A stretch of DNA of 64,000 bases from Corallococcus coralloides (GTDB lineage: Bacteria; Myxococcota; Myxococcia; Myxococcales; Myxococcaceae). Below are positions 47,205 to 56,975 of this stretch, in pieces. Position 1 is the first letter of the stretch; every line of letters starts with the position of its first letter. The stretch lies in assembly GCF_044792175.1 (NCBI RefSeq), contig NZ_CP172866.1. One strand, 5' to 3'. The translations under genes were made by a program, and so were the position numbers. The notes under the pieces were generated by a model, which was not told the origin of the DNA, ran no database searches, and saw only the letters and a program-made list of their open reading frames with translations.

Positions 47205-47831
47205 TCAGCTATGCTCCAGCACGACGCCTTCGATGACGTTGGCCACGCCCTGGCACTTGTCCGTGGCCGTCTCGATGAGGTCGTAGATCTCCTTCCACTT
47301 GATGATGGTCAGGGTGTCCACGCCGCTCTTGAACAGCCGGCCCATGCCCGCGCGCAGGACCTCGTCCGCCTGGGTCTCCAGGTGCTTGATCTCCTTGCAC
47401 CCCGCGAGGATCTGCTCCGGCTTCTTGATGAGCCGCAGCGCCGCGACGACCTCCTGCACCTTGCGCGTGGAGAGCACCAGCAGCCGCGCCAGCTCCGTGG
47501 CGTCCTCGCGGCTGGACTCAATCTCGTAGTAGAGCAGCCGCGCCGCCGCCGCGTTGGTCAGGTCCAGCACGTCGTCGATGCGCGACAGGAGCGTGTGGAT
47601 CTGACCCCGGTCGAACGGGGTGATGAACTGCTGGTGGAGCCGGTTGAAGGCCGTGTGGGTGACCTCGTCGCCCCGGTGCTCCACGTCCTTGAGGGCCTGG
47701 ACTCGCGCGGGCACGTCCCGGAAGTCGCTCAAGAGGTCGTGCAGGAGCTTCGCTCCCTCGACAGTTCTGGCGCATTGCGCGTCGAAGTCGTCGAAGAACT
47801 CGTCCGACTTCGGCATCAGCTTTTCGAGCAT
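47205..47831 (-). CDS. DUF47/PhoU-like phosphate-transport regulator co-transcribed with pitA
   Basis: Helical DUF47 pattern. Stop is 1 nt before the pitA start. Confidence 0.8.
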   Translation of the reverse strand: MLEKLMPKSDEFFDDFDAQCARTVEGAKLLHDLLSDFRDVPARVQALKDVEHRGDEVTHTAFNRLHQQFITPFDRGQIHTLLSRIDDVLDLTNAAAARLLYYEIESSREDATELARLLVLSTRKVQEVVAALRLIKKPEQILAGCKEIKHLETQADEVLRAGMGRLFKSGVDTLTIIKWKEIYDLIETATDKCQGVANVIEGVVLEHS

Positions 47832-48009
47832 GGGGATCTCCCTCGGCGCCTGGAGGGACAGGAGCTGTCCGCCGCGGGAGGTGGGTGGCGCCTCTGGAGG
47901 GGTGACACTCCCGTGACGCGGGAGTGAGTACCCTACCTGGAGAGATTCGCCAGTGTTCCGTGCGAAAACGTACGGATTCCGAGGGGTTGTGCTTGACGCG
48001 AGGCGCCGC

Positions 48010-48672
48010 TCAGACGACGCGGTTGCGCAGCTCCTCGAAGAATCCCACCCACAACTGCCACATCTCCTCGGCGCCGCGCGTGATGGTGGCCAGCTCCGCG
48101 TCCGTGTACTGGAGGCCCACCGTGTGGCCGGCCGTCTCCACGTGGTCCGGCTCCTGCTTCACGTGGATGTCCACCCAGGGCAGGGCCTTGAGGCCCGTGG
48201 TGCGGCGCACCAGCTTGCCCAGCTTGGCCACCATGGTGAGGTCCGCCACCTCCGTGCCATAGAGGAAGCCCAGGCCCGTGAGGTGGCTGTCCGTGGAGCG
48301 CTGGTAACCGTCGATGAGCCGGCGCGTCGCGGGCGTCATGTCCGCCTCGGACACGCCCGCCTTCGTGAAGCCCGCGTCCGTCATCGTCTGGATGAAGAAG
48401 CGCTCGTGCGCCCTCGCCGGGTCTCCCTCGCCCACCTCCTGGTTGAGGATGTGCGTCACCGCCGTCTTCATCTCCATCTGCGGACAGACGGCGATGAGCT
48501 TGCCCAGGAAGGTGGGGAAGTAGTGCAGGGGGTGCCACCACTGACCCAGCACCATCTCCGCCTGTTCGCGGCTGAAGGCCTTCTCATCCACCACCTCGAA
48601 GAACCGGTGCTTGATCAACTGCTCTCGGTGGGAGTTCTTCGCCAGTGCCGCCTCGATGGTCTGGTTCCGCAT
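48010..48672 (-). CDS. heme-oxygenase-like / TenA-PqqC-fold 'iron-containing redox enzyme family' protein
   Basis: All-helical 220-aa protein with conserved Glu/His-bearing helices (HILNQEVGEG..AHERFF, LYGTEVAD, HVKQEPDHVE). Confidence 0.55.
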   Translation of the reverse strand: MRNQTIEAALAKNSHREQLIKHRFFEVVDEKAFSREQAEMVLGQWWHPLHYFPTFLGKLIAVCPQMEMKTAVTHILNQEVGEGDPARAHERFFIQTMTDAGFTKAGVSEADMTPATRRLIDGYQRSTDSHLTGLGFLYGTEVADLTMVAKLGKLVRRTTGLKALPWVDIHVKQEPDHVETAGHTVGLQYTDAELATITRGAEEMWQLWVGFFEELRNRVV

Positions 48673-48891
48673 TGCCGCCTCCAGGTGGGTCCAAAAGGGC
48701 TGGGTCGGCGTTTATCACAAAGCAGGACTGAGATTCTTGGAAATATAGAAAGACAAGTTCAGCATGACTACGTGGTTTACCGCCAGTGTGGAACGTGCAG
48801 GCAGGCGAGGGTGGGCTGTTCGGCGTGGGGGCTGACAGCCTACAGTTGGAAAATCGGCATTTTCTCCCTGGCCCCCTTGTACGGAAGACGC

Positions 48892-49776
48892 ATGACCCTG
48901 TTCCGGCACCCTGAAGATCGCATCCCGGTCCTGATGTTCCTTGGCGTCTTCGCGCTCGACATGACGGTGTTCCTCACGGCGCGAAGCTGGTGGGTACCGG
49001 TGCTGTGGTTCGGGCTGGGCATCATCCCCAAGGGGTGGATCTGCTCGTGGAACCACCACCACCAGCACCTGTCCTTCTTCAAGCACGCGCTGCCCAACCG
49101 GCTCCTGGAGATCGTCTTCGGCTTCCAGACGGGCGTGACGTCGCAGGCGTGGTTCCTCCACCACGTGCTGGGCCACCACAAGAACTACCTGGACCAGTCG
49201 CAGGACGAGTCGCGCTGGAAGCGGGAGGACGGCTCGACGATGGGGGAGGTGGAGTACTCGCTGGGCACGGCGCTGACCGCGTACCCGCGCGCGTTCCAGG
49301 TGGGCCGGAAGCACCACCCCAAGGCGCTGCGCACGTTCGTGGTGATGGCCGCGCTCCAGGTGGTGCTGCTGGCGGGCCTGTTCTGGGTGAACCCCTACAA
49401 CGCGCTCTTCGTGTTCCTGCTGCCCATGATGGCGTCGCTCTACGTGACGACCTGGGCCACGTACTTCCATCACGTGGGCCTGGACACGGCGAACCACTCG
49501 GAGGCCTCGTACAACATCCTCCACAAGGGCTACAACCTGATGACGGGCAACCTGGGCTACCACACCGCGCATCACACGCGGCACGGCCTGCACTGGTCCA
49601 AGCTGCCGGAGCTGCACGCGCAGTTGGCGCGCGACATCCCCGCGAACCTGTACCGCCAGCCGGGCATCCCGTTCGTCTGGCGCGGCTCCGAGGAGAAGCT
49701 GGTGCTGAGCGAGCACGAGGTCGCCGCGCTCACCGGCGGGCCCGTGGAGGGCCGCGGGGAGAAGCTGGCCGCCTAG
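48892..49776 (+). CDS. membrane fatty-acid-desaturase/hydroxylase-superfamily protein (three His boxes)
   Basis: WNHHHQH, HHVLGHH, HTAHHTRH. TM segments. The start is the internal Met of ORF 47953..49776. Confidence 0.7.
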   Translation: MTLFRHPEDRIPVLMFLGVFALDMTVFLTARSWWVPVLWFGLGIIPKGWICSWNHHHQHLSFFKHALPNRLLEIVFGFQTGVTSQAWFLHHVLGHHKNYLDQSQDESRWKREDGSTMGEVEYSLGTALTAYPRAFQVGRKHHPKALRTFVVMAALQVVLLAGLFWVNPYNALFVFLLPMMASLYVTTWATYFHHVGLDTANHSEASYNILHKGYNLMTGNLGYHTAHHTRHGLHWSKLPELHAQLARDIPANLYRQPGIPFVWRGSEEKLVLSEHEVAALTGGPVEGRGEKLAA

Positions 49777-49803
49777 CGGTCCCGCCGTCCCCGCTGCAAG
49801 CCC

Positions 49804-49829
49804 CCGCCGGAAGCGCTCCCTTCCGGCGG
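49804..49829. terminator. bidirectional hairpin (ccgccggaag-cgctcc-cttccggcgg) between two convergent genes
   Basis: Perfect 10-bp stem seen directly. Confidence 0.45.
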
Positions 49830-49846
49830 CGGGGTTCGACGGACGG

Positions 49847-51265
49847 CTACTTCGGCTGCTGCGGCTCCGTCGTGCGGTTCGCCGCGAGGCTGATGACGTT
49901 GAGGAGCAGGTCCTTCACGCGGCGGGGCTTGTTGCCGCCGTTGTCCTCGATGATCTTCTCGATGTCGTCATCCTGCCGGTGGTACTCGGGGATGAGGTCG
50001 CCGCCGCCCTCGGGGTTGGACAGGCCCTCGAAGAGGAAGAGCACGTCCTCGCCCTTGCGCCCGAAGGACGCGCCGTCCTGCCGGTCGCGGTAGACGTTGA
50101 TGTCGCGGTTGATGCGGTCGAACGGATCCGCCAACTGCTGGTTCGCCTGGTCCACCACGTCGCGGAAGTAGTTGGGCTGGCCCTTGGTGTTGGTGTCCAC
50201 CACGGACAGGCGCTGATCATCCCAGCGGCCCACCATGTCCGTGTTGATGACGCCGGCGATGTTCTTCAGCTCCAGGCCGGGGATGGGGTGGTCCACGAAG
50301 TACTGCGAGCCCACCAGGCCCTTCTCCTCCGCGCCCGTCCAGATGAAGAGCACGGAGCGGTCCAGCTTACCGTTCTTCGCGGCCTCCGCCAGCTCCGGCA
50401 CCGCCGCCATCAGCACCGCGCTGCCGGACGCGTTGTCGTCCGCGCCGTTGAAGGGGTTGCCCTTGCGGTCCACGCCCACGTGGTCCAGGTGGGCCATCAC
50501 CACGATGACCTCGTCCTTGTGGGGGCCCGTGCCGGGCAGCATGGCCATGGTGTTCACCGCCTGGCCCGTGGCCGTGGCCACCTGCTGGAGCTCCTCCACG
50601 CTGCGCTGCTTGCCCGCGCGCGCCGGCACCACCGACTGGCCCGCCGCCTTCATCGTCTGCTCGTACTGCTGGTTGAGCCGCTTCAGCGTGTCCTTGGGCA
50701 TCTTCTCGTCCAGGTAGAAGCCCTCCTGGAAGAGCGTGTGGCCGAACTCCTTGTGCTCGGCGTGGGCTCCGGCCGTCTCGCCCGCCTTGTCCGCGCCCAG
50801 CCAGGAGTAGACCTTGAACTTCTGCTGGAAGGGGTTCTCCGGGTTGTTGATGTTGGGCCCCACCAGCCCGTACTTCTCCGCGTGGGCCTGCACGTAGACG
50901 GAAGCGGCGTCCAGGCCCGCGGAGGGGCTGTCACGCCCCTGCAGCGCGTCCGAGGCCAGGTACTCGAGGTGAGTCATCGGGTCCGAGTCGGCCGACACGG
51001 GCGGCTCGGTGGGCGCCTCCGGCGGCACGGGCGTCGTCGGCGCGGGCGTCGGGGTGGTGGGCGCGGGCAGCCCCAAAATCGGCGGCGGCGCGGGCAGCCG
51101 GGGCAGTTGGCCGGGCGCGGGGCGCGTGCCGCCGGAGGACTCGAAGCCGTCCTTCCAGGCGATGGGGCGGTTCCGGGACTTCGCCTCCGTCGTCCGGGCG
51201 TCCTGCGAGGACAGCCGCGAGACGGAGGTGAGGGGACGCGAGCTGTCGTTGATCTTCGAGGCCAT
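49847..51265 (-). CDS. M28-family zinc aminopeptidase with low-complexity Pro/Thr-rich N-terminus
   Basis: M28 blocks (VIVVMAHLDHVG, GADDNASGSAVLM, FIWTGAEEKGLVGSQ, DMVGR). Confidence 0.8.
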   Translation of the reverse strand: MASKINDSSRPLTSVSRLSSQDARTTEAKSRNRPIAWKDGFESSGGTRPAPGQLPRLPAPPPILGLPAPTTPTPAPTTPVPPEAPTEPPVSADSDPMTHLEYLASDALQGRDSPSAGLDAASVYVQAHAEKYGLVGPNINNPENPFQQKFKVYSWLGADKAGETAGAHAEHKEFGHTLFQEGFYLDEKMPKDTLKRLNQQYEQTMKAAGQSVVPARAGKQRSVEELQQVATATGQAVNTMAMLPGTGPHKDEVIVVMAHLDHVGVDRKGNPFNGADDNASGSAVLMAAVPELAEAAKNGKLDRSVLFIWTGAEEKGLVGSQYFVDHPIPGLELKNIAGVINTDMVGRWDDQRLSVVDTNTKGQPNYFRDVVDQANQQLADPFDRINRDINVYRDRQDGASFGRKGEDVLFLFEGLSNPEGGGDLIPEYHRQDDDIEKIIEDNGGNKPRRVKDLLLNVISLAANRTTEPQQPK

Positions 51266-51401
51266 GGTGGGGAGTCCGGGGGGGAGGAACCGCGCTCCCC
51301 AGATTATCCGCCGGACCCCCCTCGGAGTTGTGCCCCCCGGCGAAGTTCCGCCTGGGAGTGTGGCGCCATGACGCTCCGTGTGAGACCCGGCTTGCTACAA
51401 A

Positions 51402-51418
51402 TCACATGTTTCATGTGA
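51402..51418. promoter_or_regulatory. perfect 17-bp palindrome TCACATG-TTT-CATGTGA in the AT-rich divergent promoter region
   Basis: Seen directly, about 125 bp upstream of the lipoprotein gene. Confidence 0.3.
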
Positions 51419-51542
51419 CATCCGGCGCTACCCTGTTTTCTCAATCATTGAACAACGTGACTGAAGACAGACGGACCTGGGGTGTTGGCGCGCGGGGTGC
51501 AGTGGGGACGGGGGCAGTCCACCCCACACGACGAGGTAGTAC

Positions 51543-52355
51543 ATGCATCTGAGAATCACGGGTTCCCTGCTGGCGTCCATGCTGTTGAGCATCACGGGCT
51601 GCGCGGGCGGCGCCGACGACGGCCAGGCCGGCTCCCTGGGCGCGCAGGAGGCCGCGGCGTCCCAGTGCGTGAAGCGGTTCGACGGCATCACGAGCTGCGC
51701 GCTGGGCCGCGCGAAGGTGGAGTCCGTCGCGGAGGGGCTGGCGGTGTCCAACCTCACGACGCAGAAGGACGGCGTCTCCAGCAGCTTCACGCAGGCCGTG
51801 AAGTGGGAGCAGCGCGTGGCGATGAGCCTGGGGGCGCAGGGCGGCTACCAGTTGGCCGCGCGCGATGGCGATCAGGTCGTCAGCACGCTGCGGGTGACGC
51901 CGGGCCGCGAGGCGAACACGGTCAACATGGCCCCCACGTTCACGGGCTCGCCGGGCGGCTCCGCGTACCGGATGAACATCTACCGCGGGGGCGTGCTCCA
52001 GGGCAGCAGCAGCCAGCCCGCCGGGATGGTCATCACCTTCACCAACTGGCGGGACTTCATCCGCTGGGCGGAGATGAACCACTTCTTCCTGAACGACTTC
52101 GACATCGACGGGCTGTCCACCGGCTCCGCGGAGACGAACGTGGGCGCGTGCGTGTGGCGCTTGAACGCGGAGAAGAACACCTTCACCGTGGACATCGACG
52201 GCAAGTCCATCACCGGTGACTCGGTGGAGTTCATCGAGACCGTCGCGGATGGCGCGTACCCGTACCGCCACTTCACGGGCATCGACACGAACGCCATCGC
52301 CGGCCAGTACACCGTCCGCTCCGAGTCCATCACCCAGCCCACGGGCGTGAAGTAG
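51543..52355 (+). CDS. hypothetical lipoprotein
   Basis: Lipobox LSITGC. Coding-like composition. Confidence 0.55.
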   Translation: MHLRITGSLLASMLLSITGCAGGADDGQAGSLGAQEAAASQCVKRFDGITSCALGRAKVESVAEGLAVSNLTTQKDGVSSSFTQAVKWEQRVAMSLGAQGGYQLAARDGDQVVSTLRVTPGREANTVNMAPTFTGSPGGSAYRMNIYRGGVLQGSSSQPAGMVITFTNWRDFIRWAEMNHFFLNDFDIDGLSTGSAETNVGACVWRLNAEKNTFTVDIDGKSITGDSVEFIETVADGAYPYRHFTGIDTNAIAGQYTVRSESITQPTGVK

Positions 52356-52377
52356 CCCCAGGGCCCGGAGTCCACGC

Positions 52378-52406
52378 GCCGGACGGGGATCACGGTCCCG
52401 TCCGGC
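52378..52406. terminator. hairpin (gccggacgggg-atcacggt-cccgtccggc) between convergent genes
   Basis: Seen directly. Confidence 0.4.
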
Positions 52407-52416
52407 GTCTTCGCGC

Positions 52417-54867
52417 CTAGCGTCTCCCGGAGACGGAGGACGTGGGCGTCGCCACGTTCCGGCCGCTGCCCCCCACGCCAGTGGCGGGGCTCACCGTGGG
52501 CGTGCGCGCGGCCTCCAGCGGGGCCTTGCGGGCTGGCGCGAAGGCGGCGGGGACTTCATTGGCGTAGAGCAGCTTGTAGGCGCTGTAGCTGCTGAGCACG
52601 CGCTTCACGTAGTCGCGGGTCTCGTCGAAGGCGATGTGCTCCACCCACTCGTCCAGCTCCGCCTGGGGCAGCGCCTTGCGCCAGCGCTCCACCGCCGCGG
52701 GGCCCGCGTTGTAGGCGGCCACCGCGTAGGCGGGGTTGCCGTCGAAGTGCTTGAGCAGCGAGCCCAGGTACGCCGCCCCCAGCCGGATGTTCTGCGCGGG
52801 CTGGAGCAGCGACGACACGTCGAACGACGCCAGCTTGAGCGAGTCCGCCACCGCCTGGGCCGTCGTGGGCATGAGCTGCGCGAGCCCCAGCGCGCCGGTG
52901 GACGAGCGCGCGCGAGGGTTGAAGCGGCTCTCCTCGCGGATGAGGCCCTGGAGCAGGTCGGGGTCCACGCGCGCGGCCCGCGAATGGCTCTGGATGAGCG
53001 GCCGGAACGCGAGCGGCCACGTCGCCTCCCACACCGGACGGGACGCGGCGCTGAGCGGCCCGGCGGCCTCCTGGCGCAGCGTCACGCGGGCCACCTGCCG
53101 CGTGGCCCGGCCCCGGCCGGTGCGGCGCATGGTCTGGTAGAGCAGCCGCGCGGGCGCCTCCGCCAGGCCGCGCGTGTCCACCGCGAGCAGCTCCTCCACC
53201 ACGCCCGGCTGGCCCAGGCGCAAAAGCTCCACGCCCGCCGCGAAGCGCGCGTCCTTCTGGAGCGGGCCGGGGGGCAGGGGCCAGACCTCGTCGTTGGCCG
53301 GCGCGGCGGTGTTCACCGCCTTCACCGTGGCCGGCCGCGCGGCGGCCTCCGTCAACCGCGCCAGCCGCTCCGGCGCGTGCTGGGCCAGCCGCGTCCGGGA
53401 CAGCAGCCCGTACCAGGCCGTGGGCCGCTCGGTGGCGATGAGCTCGTAGCGCGCGAGCGCCGCGTCCACCGCGCCGGCGTTCTCCTGGGTCCGCGCCTGC
53501 CAGTAGCGCGCGCGCCAGAGGGCGTCGTCCGTGCGCGCGGCCTCCGGCAACTGCTCCACCGACATCAGCGACGCCAGGCCCGGCTGCGTCTCGCCCTTGC
53601 GCAGGTGCAGCCAGAAGGCGCGGAAGAGGGCCTCGGCGGCGAAGTTGCCGGCCGGGTAGCGCTTCGCCAGCGCCTCGTAGTTCTCCAGCGCCTCGTCCGC
53701 GCGGCCCAGGCGCTGCTGCGTCCAGGCCTCGAAGAAGAGCGCGTCGTCCGCGTAGCCGTGCTCCGGGTAGTCCCGCGCCAGCGTGGCGTACGTCTCCACC
53801 GCCGCCTCGGGCTGCACCACGGACTGCGAATAGGCGAGCAGGTAGAGCGCCTGCGGACGCTGCTCGGGCGACTGGCACTCGCGCGCCACCGGCTCCAGCA
53901 CCTGGATGGCGCGGCGGTGCTGACGCTCCTTGCGCAGGGCGCGGCCCAGGGTGAGCTGGGCGCGGCAGGCCAGCTCGTCCGGGAGCTCCGTGCGGGGCCC
54001 CGAGCGGGCCAGCATGTTCATGGCCGCGACGTTCTGGTGCAGCTCCACCAGCGCCTCCGCGCGGCGCACGCGCCACTTCATGGGCAGGGGCAGGTCGCGC
54101 AGCAGTGCGCGCGCGCGGTCCGCCTCCGGCGACAGGGGCGCGGTGGCCCAGACCTCCAGCAGCGCGCGGTGCTCCGCGTTGTACTGCCCTGCCGCGCGCG
54201 CCAGGTCGCAGTACGCGAGCAGCGCCTTCATGCGCAGCGCGTCCGGCCCGCGGGCCTGCCGGTTGTCGATGAACTCCTGGAGCGCGGCCAGCGCCTCCGG
54301 GATGCGGAGCTGGCGCTTGAGCACGCGCGCCATGGTGAAGCGGGCCTCCGGATAGAGCGGGGAGCCGGGGCTCACCTGGCCATACTGCTCCGCCGCGCGC
54401 AGCGGCTTGCGCAGCCGCTCATGCGCCTGCGCGGCCTTCATCAGGCAGTGGTCTCGCAGCGGGACGTAGTCCTCCGCGAGCGCCGTGAACTCGGCGGCGG
54501 CGGTCGCGAAGTCCCGCGCGAGGAACGCGCTCTGCGCCTGGAGGAAGCGGCCGGGGAGGGAAGGGGAGGGCTCCGTCGCGAGCAGCGCCCGCGCGGACTT
54601 GTACCGGCCGCGGTCGAACTCCGCCTTCGCCTTGGCCAGCAGGCCCTCCGCGAAGTAGGGCGTCAGCCGCTCCGGCCCGAAGGCCTCCGCCGTCACCTCG
54701 TCCTGCGAGGGCTGCGCCGCGGGCGTGTCGAGCAGGGCCTCCAGCTTCTCCTCCGACATCACGTCGCCGGAGTCGTCCTCGCCGGGCGCCTGCGCCCACG
54801 CGGTGCCCGGGGCCCACAGGCCCGCGCACGCGAGCACCACCGCTGCTGTTCCTCGAAGTCCGTCCAT
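52417..54867 (-). CDS. soluble lytic murein transglycosylase (Slt family)
   Basis: Signal peptide. Superhelical repeats. SLT catalytic block (LIREESRFNPRARSSTGALGLAQLMPTTA...AYNAGP). Start is the internal Met at 54867. Confidence 0.8.
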   Translation of the reverse strand: MDGLRGTAAVVLACAGLWAPGTAWAQAPGEDDSGDVMSEEKLEALLDTPAAQPSQDEVTAEAFGPERLTPYFAEGLLAKAKAEFDRGRYKSARALLATEPSPSLPGRFLQAQSAFLARDFATAAAEFTALAEDYVPLRDHCLMKAAQAHERLRKPLRAAEQYGQVSPGSPLYPEARFTMARVLKRQLRIPEALAALQEFIDNRQARGPDALRMKALLAYCDLARAAGQYNAEHRALLEVWATAPLSPEADRARALLRDLPLPMKWRVRRAEALVELHQNVAAMNMLARSGPRTELPDELACRAQLTLGRALRKERQHRRAIQVLEPVARECQSPEQRPQALYLLAYSQSVVQPEAAVETYATLARDYPEHGYADDALFFEAWTQQRLGRADEALENYEALAKRYPAGNFAAEALFRAFWLHLRKGETQPGLASLMSVEQLPEAARTDDALWRARYWQARTQENAGAVDAALARYELIATERPTAWYGLLSRTRLAQHAPERLARLTEAAARPATVKAVNTAAPANDEVWPLPPGPLQKDARFAAGVELLRLGQPGVVEELLAVDTRGLAEAPARLLYQTMRRTGRGRATRQVARVTLRQEAAGPLSAASRPVWEATWPLAFRPLIQSHSRAARVDPDLLQGLIREESRFNPRARSSTGALGLAQLMPTTAQAVADSLKLASFDVSSLLQPAQNIRLGAAYLGSLLKHFDGNPAYAVAAYNAGPAAVERWRKALPQAELDEWVEHIAFDETRDYVKRVLSSYSAYKLLYANEVPAAFAPARKAPLEAARTPTVSPATGVGGSGRNVATPTSSVSGRR

Positions 54868-55306
54868 GCCAGCCCTCGTTCGTCCGCCAGGGACCCCGAT
54901 GGATTGGCACTGCCCGTGCGCTTGGAACCTGCCCGCCTGTCCCCTTGCCAGGCCCGCGTTGCCTTTCGTGCATCCGCCCCCAGGCACACATCCGGAGCGC
55001 TGCAAGAAAGCCAACGGCTCGCGGGCCGGGCGTCTGGCGCCTGGGGTGCTACATACCCAGGGGCGCCTGCCTGCTGTCAGGGCGTGCGTGACGCAAAGGC
55101 CGCCGGGATTGTCCTGGATGGCGGAGCCCTCGCCGTGTCCTCGACTTCGCGCCAGAGGGGATGAGCGTCTGCCTTTGGGTCTCGCCGGAGCGGGGCGGGC
55201 TGTAGACAGGTGATACATGAGGGAAACCGATGTGAAGCATTGGGTCCTCTTGCGGTCGGCGGGCCTGTAGCTTTACCGTGCGCCTGCTGCCCTCCCCCGG
55301 ACATCC

Positions 55307-56236
55307 ATGGCCACTCCGAGTCTCCCGTCGTCGAGTGTCGCAGTCGAAGAAGCCAGGCCCTCGCTGGCCCGCGTCTGGTGGGTCGCGCTGCGGCCCAAGA
55401 CGCTCACGGCCTCCATCGCGCCCACGCTGGTGGGGTGGGCCTTCGCCAACGTGGAAGGGGGCTGGCGGCCGGTGCCGGCGCTGACCTTCCTGGTGGGCTT
55501 CATGCTGGCGCAGATCGTCAGCAACCTGGTGAACGACTACTCGGACTTCGAGCGCGGCGCGGACACGGCGGCCCGGCTGGGGCCCGCGCGCGTCACGCAG
55601 AAGGGCTGGCTGTCCTCACGTGAGGTGGCGGGCGCCGCGGCCCTGGCCTTCACCGGCGCCGCGCTGGCGCTGCTGCTCCTGACGCAGGCGGGCGGCTGGC
55701 CCGTGCTCGCGGGCGGCGCCGTCTGCCTGGCGGGCGCGGTCCTCTATTCCGCGGGCCCCGTGCCGCTGGGCTACATGGGCCTGGGGGACCTGCTGGTGCT
55801 GCTCATCTCCGGCCTCCTGGGCGTCACCGGCAGCTACGGGGTGCTCACCCATCACCTCTCCGGCGACGTGGTGCTCGCGGGCCTGTCCATGGGGCTCATC
55901 GCCGCGGGCATCCTCGCGGTGAACAACCTGCGCGACCGCGAGACGGACGTCCTCGCCGGCAAGCGCACGCTGGTGGTGCGCTTCGGCCGCCGCTTCGGCC
56001 AGTGGGAGTACACGCTCGCGGTGGCGGGGGCGTTCGCGCTGCCGCTCATCGCCTGGGCGCTGTCGCCGGAGCATCCGCGCGCGTGGCTCTTCACGCTGGC
56101 GGGCCTGCCGCTCGCGGCGGTGCAGATCCGCGCCATCTGGAAGGAGGACGGCGGCGCGCTCAACCCGCACCTGGGGCGCACCGCGGGGCTGGGGCTGGTG
56201 TTCGCCGTGCTCCTGTCCGCCGGTCTCAGCCTCTGA
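55307..56236 (+). CDS. menA: 1,4-dihydroxy-2-naphthoate polyprenyltransferase (UbiA family)
   Basis: UbiA motifs: NDYSDFERGAD and a second Asp-rich block NNLRDRETD. 8-9 TM. Confidence 0.8.
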   Translation: MATPSLPSSSVAVEEARPSLARVWWVALRPKTLTASIAPTLVGWAFANVEGGWRPVPALTFLVGFMLAQIVSNLVNDYSDFERGADTAARLGPARVTQKGWLSSREVAGAAALAFTGAALALLLLTQAGGWPVLAGGAVCLAGAVLYSAGPVPLGYMGLGDLLVLLISGLLGVTGSYGVLTHHLSGDVVLAGLSMGLIAAGILAVNNLRDRETDVLAGKRTLVVRFGRRFGQWEYTLAVAGAFALPLIAWALSPEHPRAWLFTLAGLPLAAVQIRAIWKEDGGALNPHLGRTAGLGLVFAVLLSAGLSL

Positions 56237-56306
56237 CTCGGCTAGACTCGCAAGCCCCCGCCCGTCCCCCGTTGCATCCCCCGTCGTCGTTCGCTCCGGA
56301 GTCCCC

Positions 56307-56762
56307 GTGTTCTTCGCGCCGAAGGTCTTCCCCGCCTGGGGTTCGCTCAGCCATGCCGCCCGGTCCCTCTACGGTTGGACCTTCTACACGGTGCCGCTGG
56401 CGCTCCTGACGCTCTTGAGCCCCGCCACCTTCCTCACCGTGGCGGGCATGCAGCCGGACCCCGCGGATCCGCACCACTTCGCGGTCCGCATGTTCGGGTC
56501 GCTCCTCACGTCGCTGTCCTTCATGTCCCACCAGGCCGCGGTGCGGGAGGTCCGCCCGTTCTTCCACTGGGCCGTCATCGGCCGGACCTTCATCACCGGC
56601 GTGGTGCTGCTCTGCACGGCGCTGGGGCAGTGCCCGCCCATCATGGCCTTCTTCGCCTGCATCGACTTCGGGGGCGGCATGTGGACCTTCGTGGGCCTCA
56701 AGCGCGACGCCGCCGAGGCCGCCCGCGGCGCCCAGCCCGCCCTGGCCCATCCGACGCCCTGA
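56307..56762 (+). CDS. hypothetical small membrane protein
   Basis: Hydrophobic segments only. Confidence 0.4.
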   Translation: MFFAPKVFPAWGSLSHAARSLYGWTFYTVPLALLTLLSPATFLTVAGMQPDPADPHHFAVRMFGSLLTSLSFMSHQAAVREVRPFFHWAVIGRTFITGVVLLCTALGQCPPIMAFFACIDFGGGMWTFVGLKRDAAEAARGAQPALAHPTP

Positions 56763-56975
56763 GTCACCCGCGCGATCTGAAGTCCGCGAATTGCGCGGAC
56801 TCTCATAATGTGGTCAGTTTGAACCGATGAGGTGTTCTCCTCCCAACCCTTTCCTGGCTTCACCATCTCCGCGTGGCGGAGCGCTGGCGGCGTCGGGAAG
56901 GGTGGGGCGCGCGGGCCCGCGCGTGAGGATACCTGCTCCCTTTCCTCCCCCCGACTGCCTCCGGCCTCGTCTTCC

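Noticed and set aside
47950-47975. Imperfect hairpin ccgtgcg-aaaa-cgtacgg after the HO-like gene, considered as a terminator
   Set aside because: One mismatch in a 7-bp stem and no U-tract on the transcribed strand. Too weak to call.
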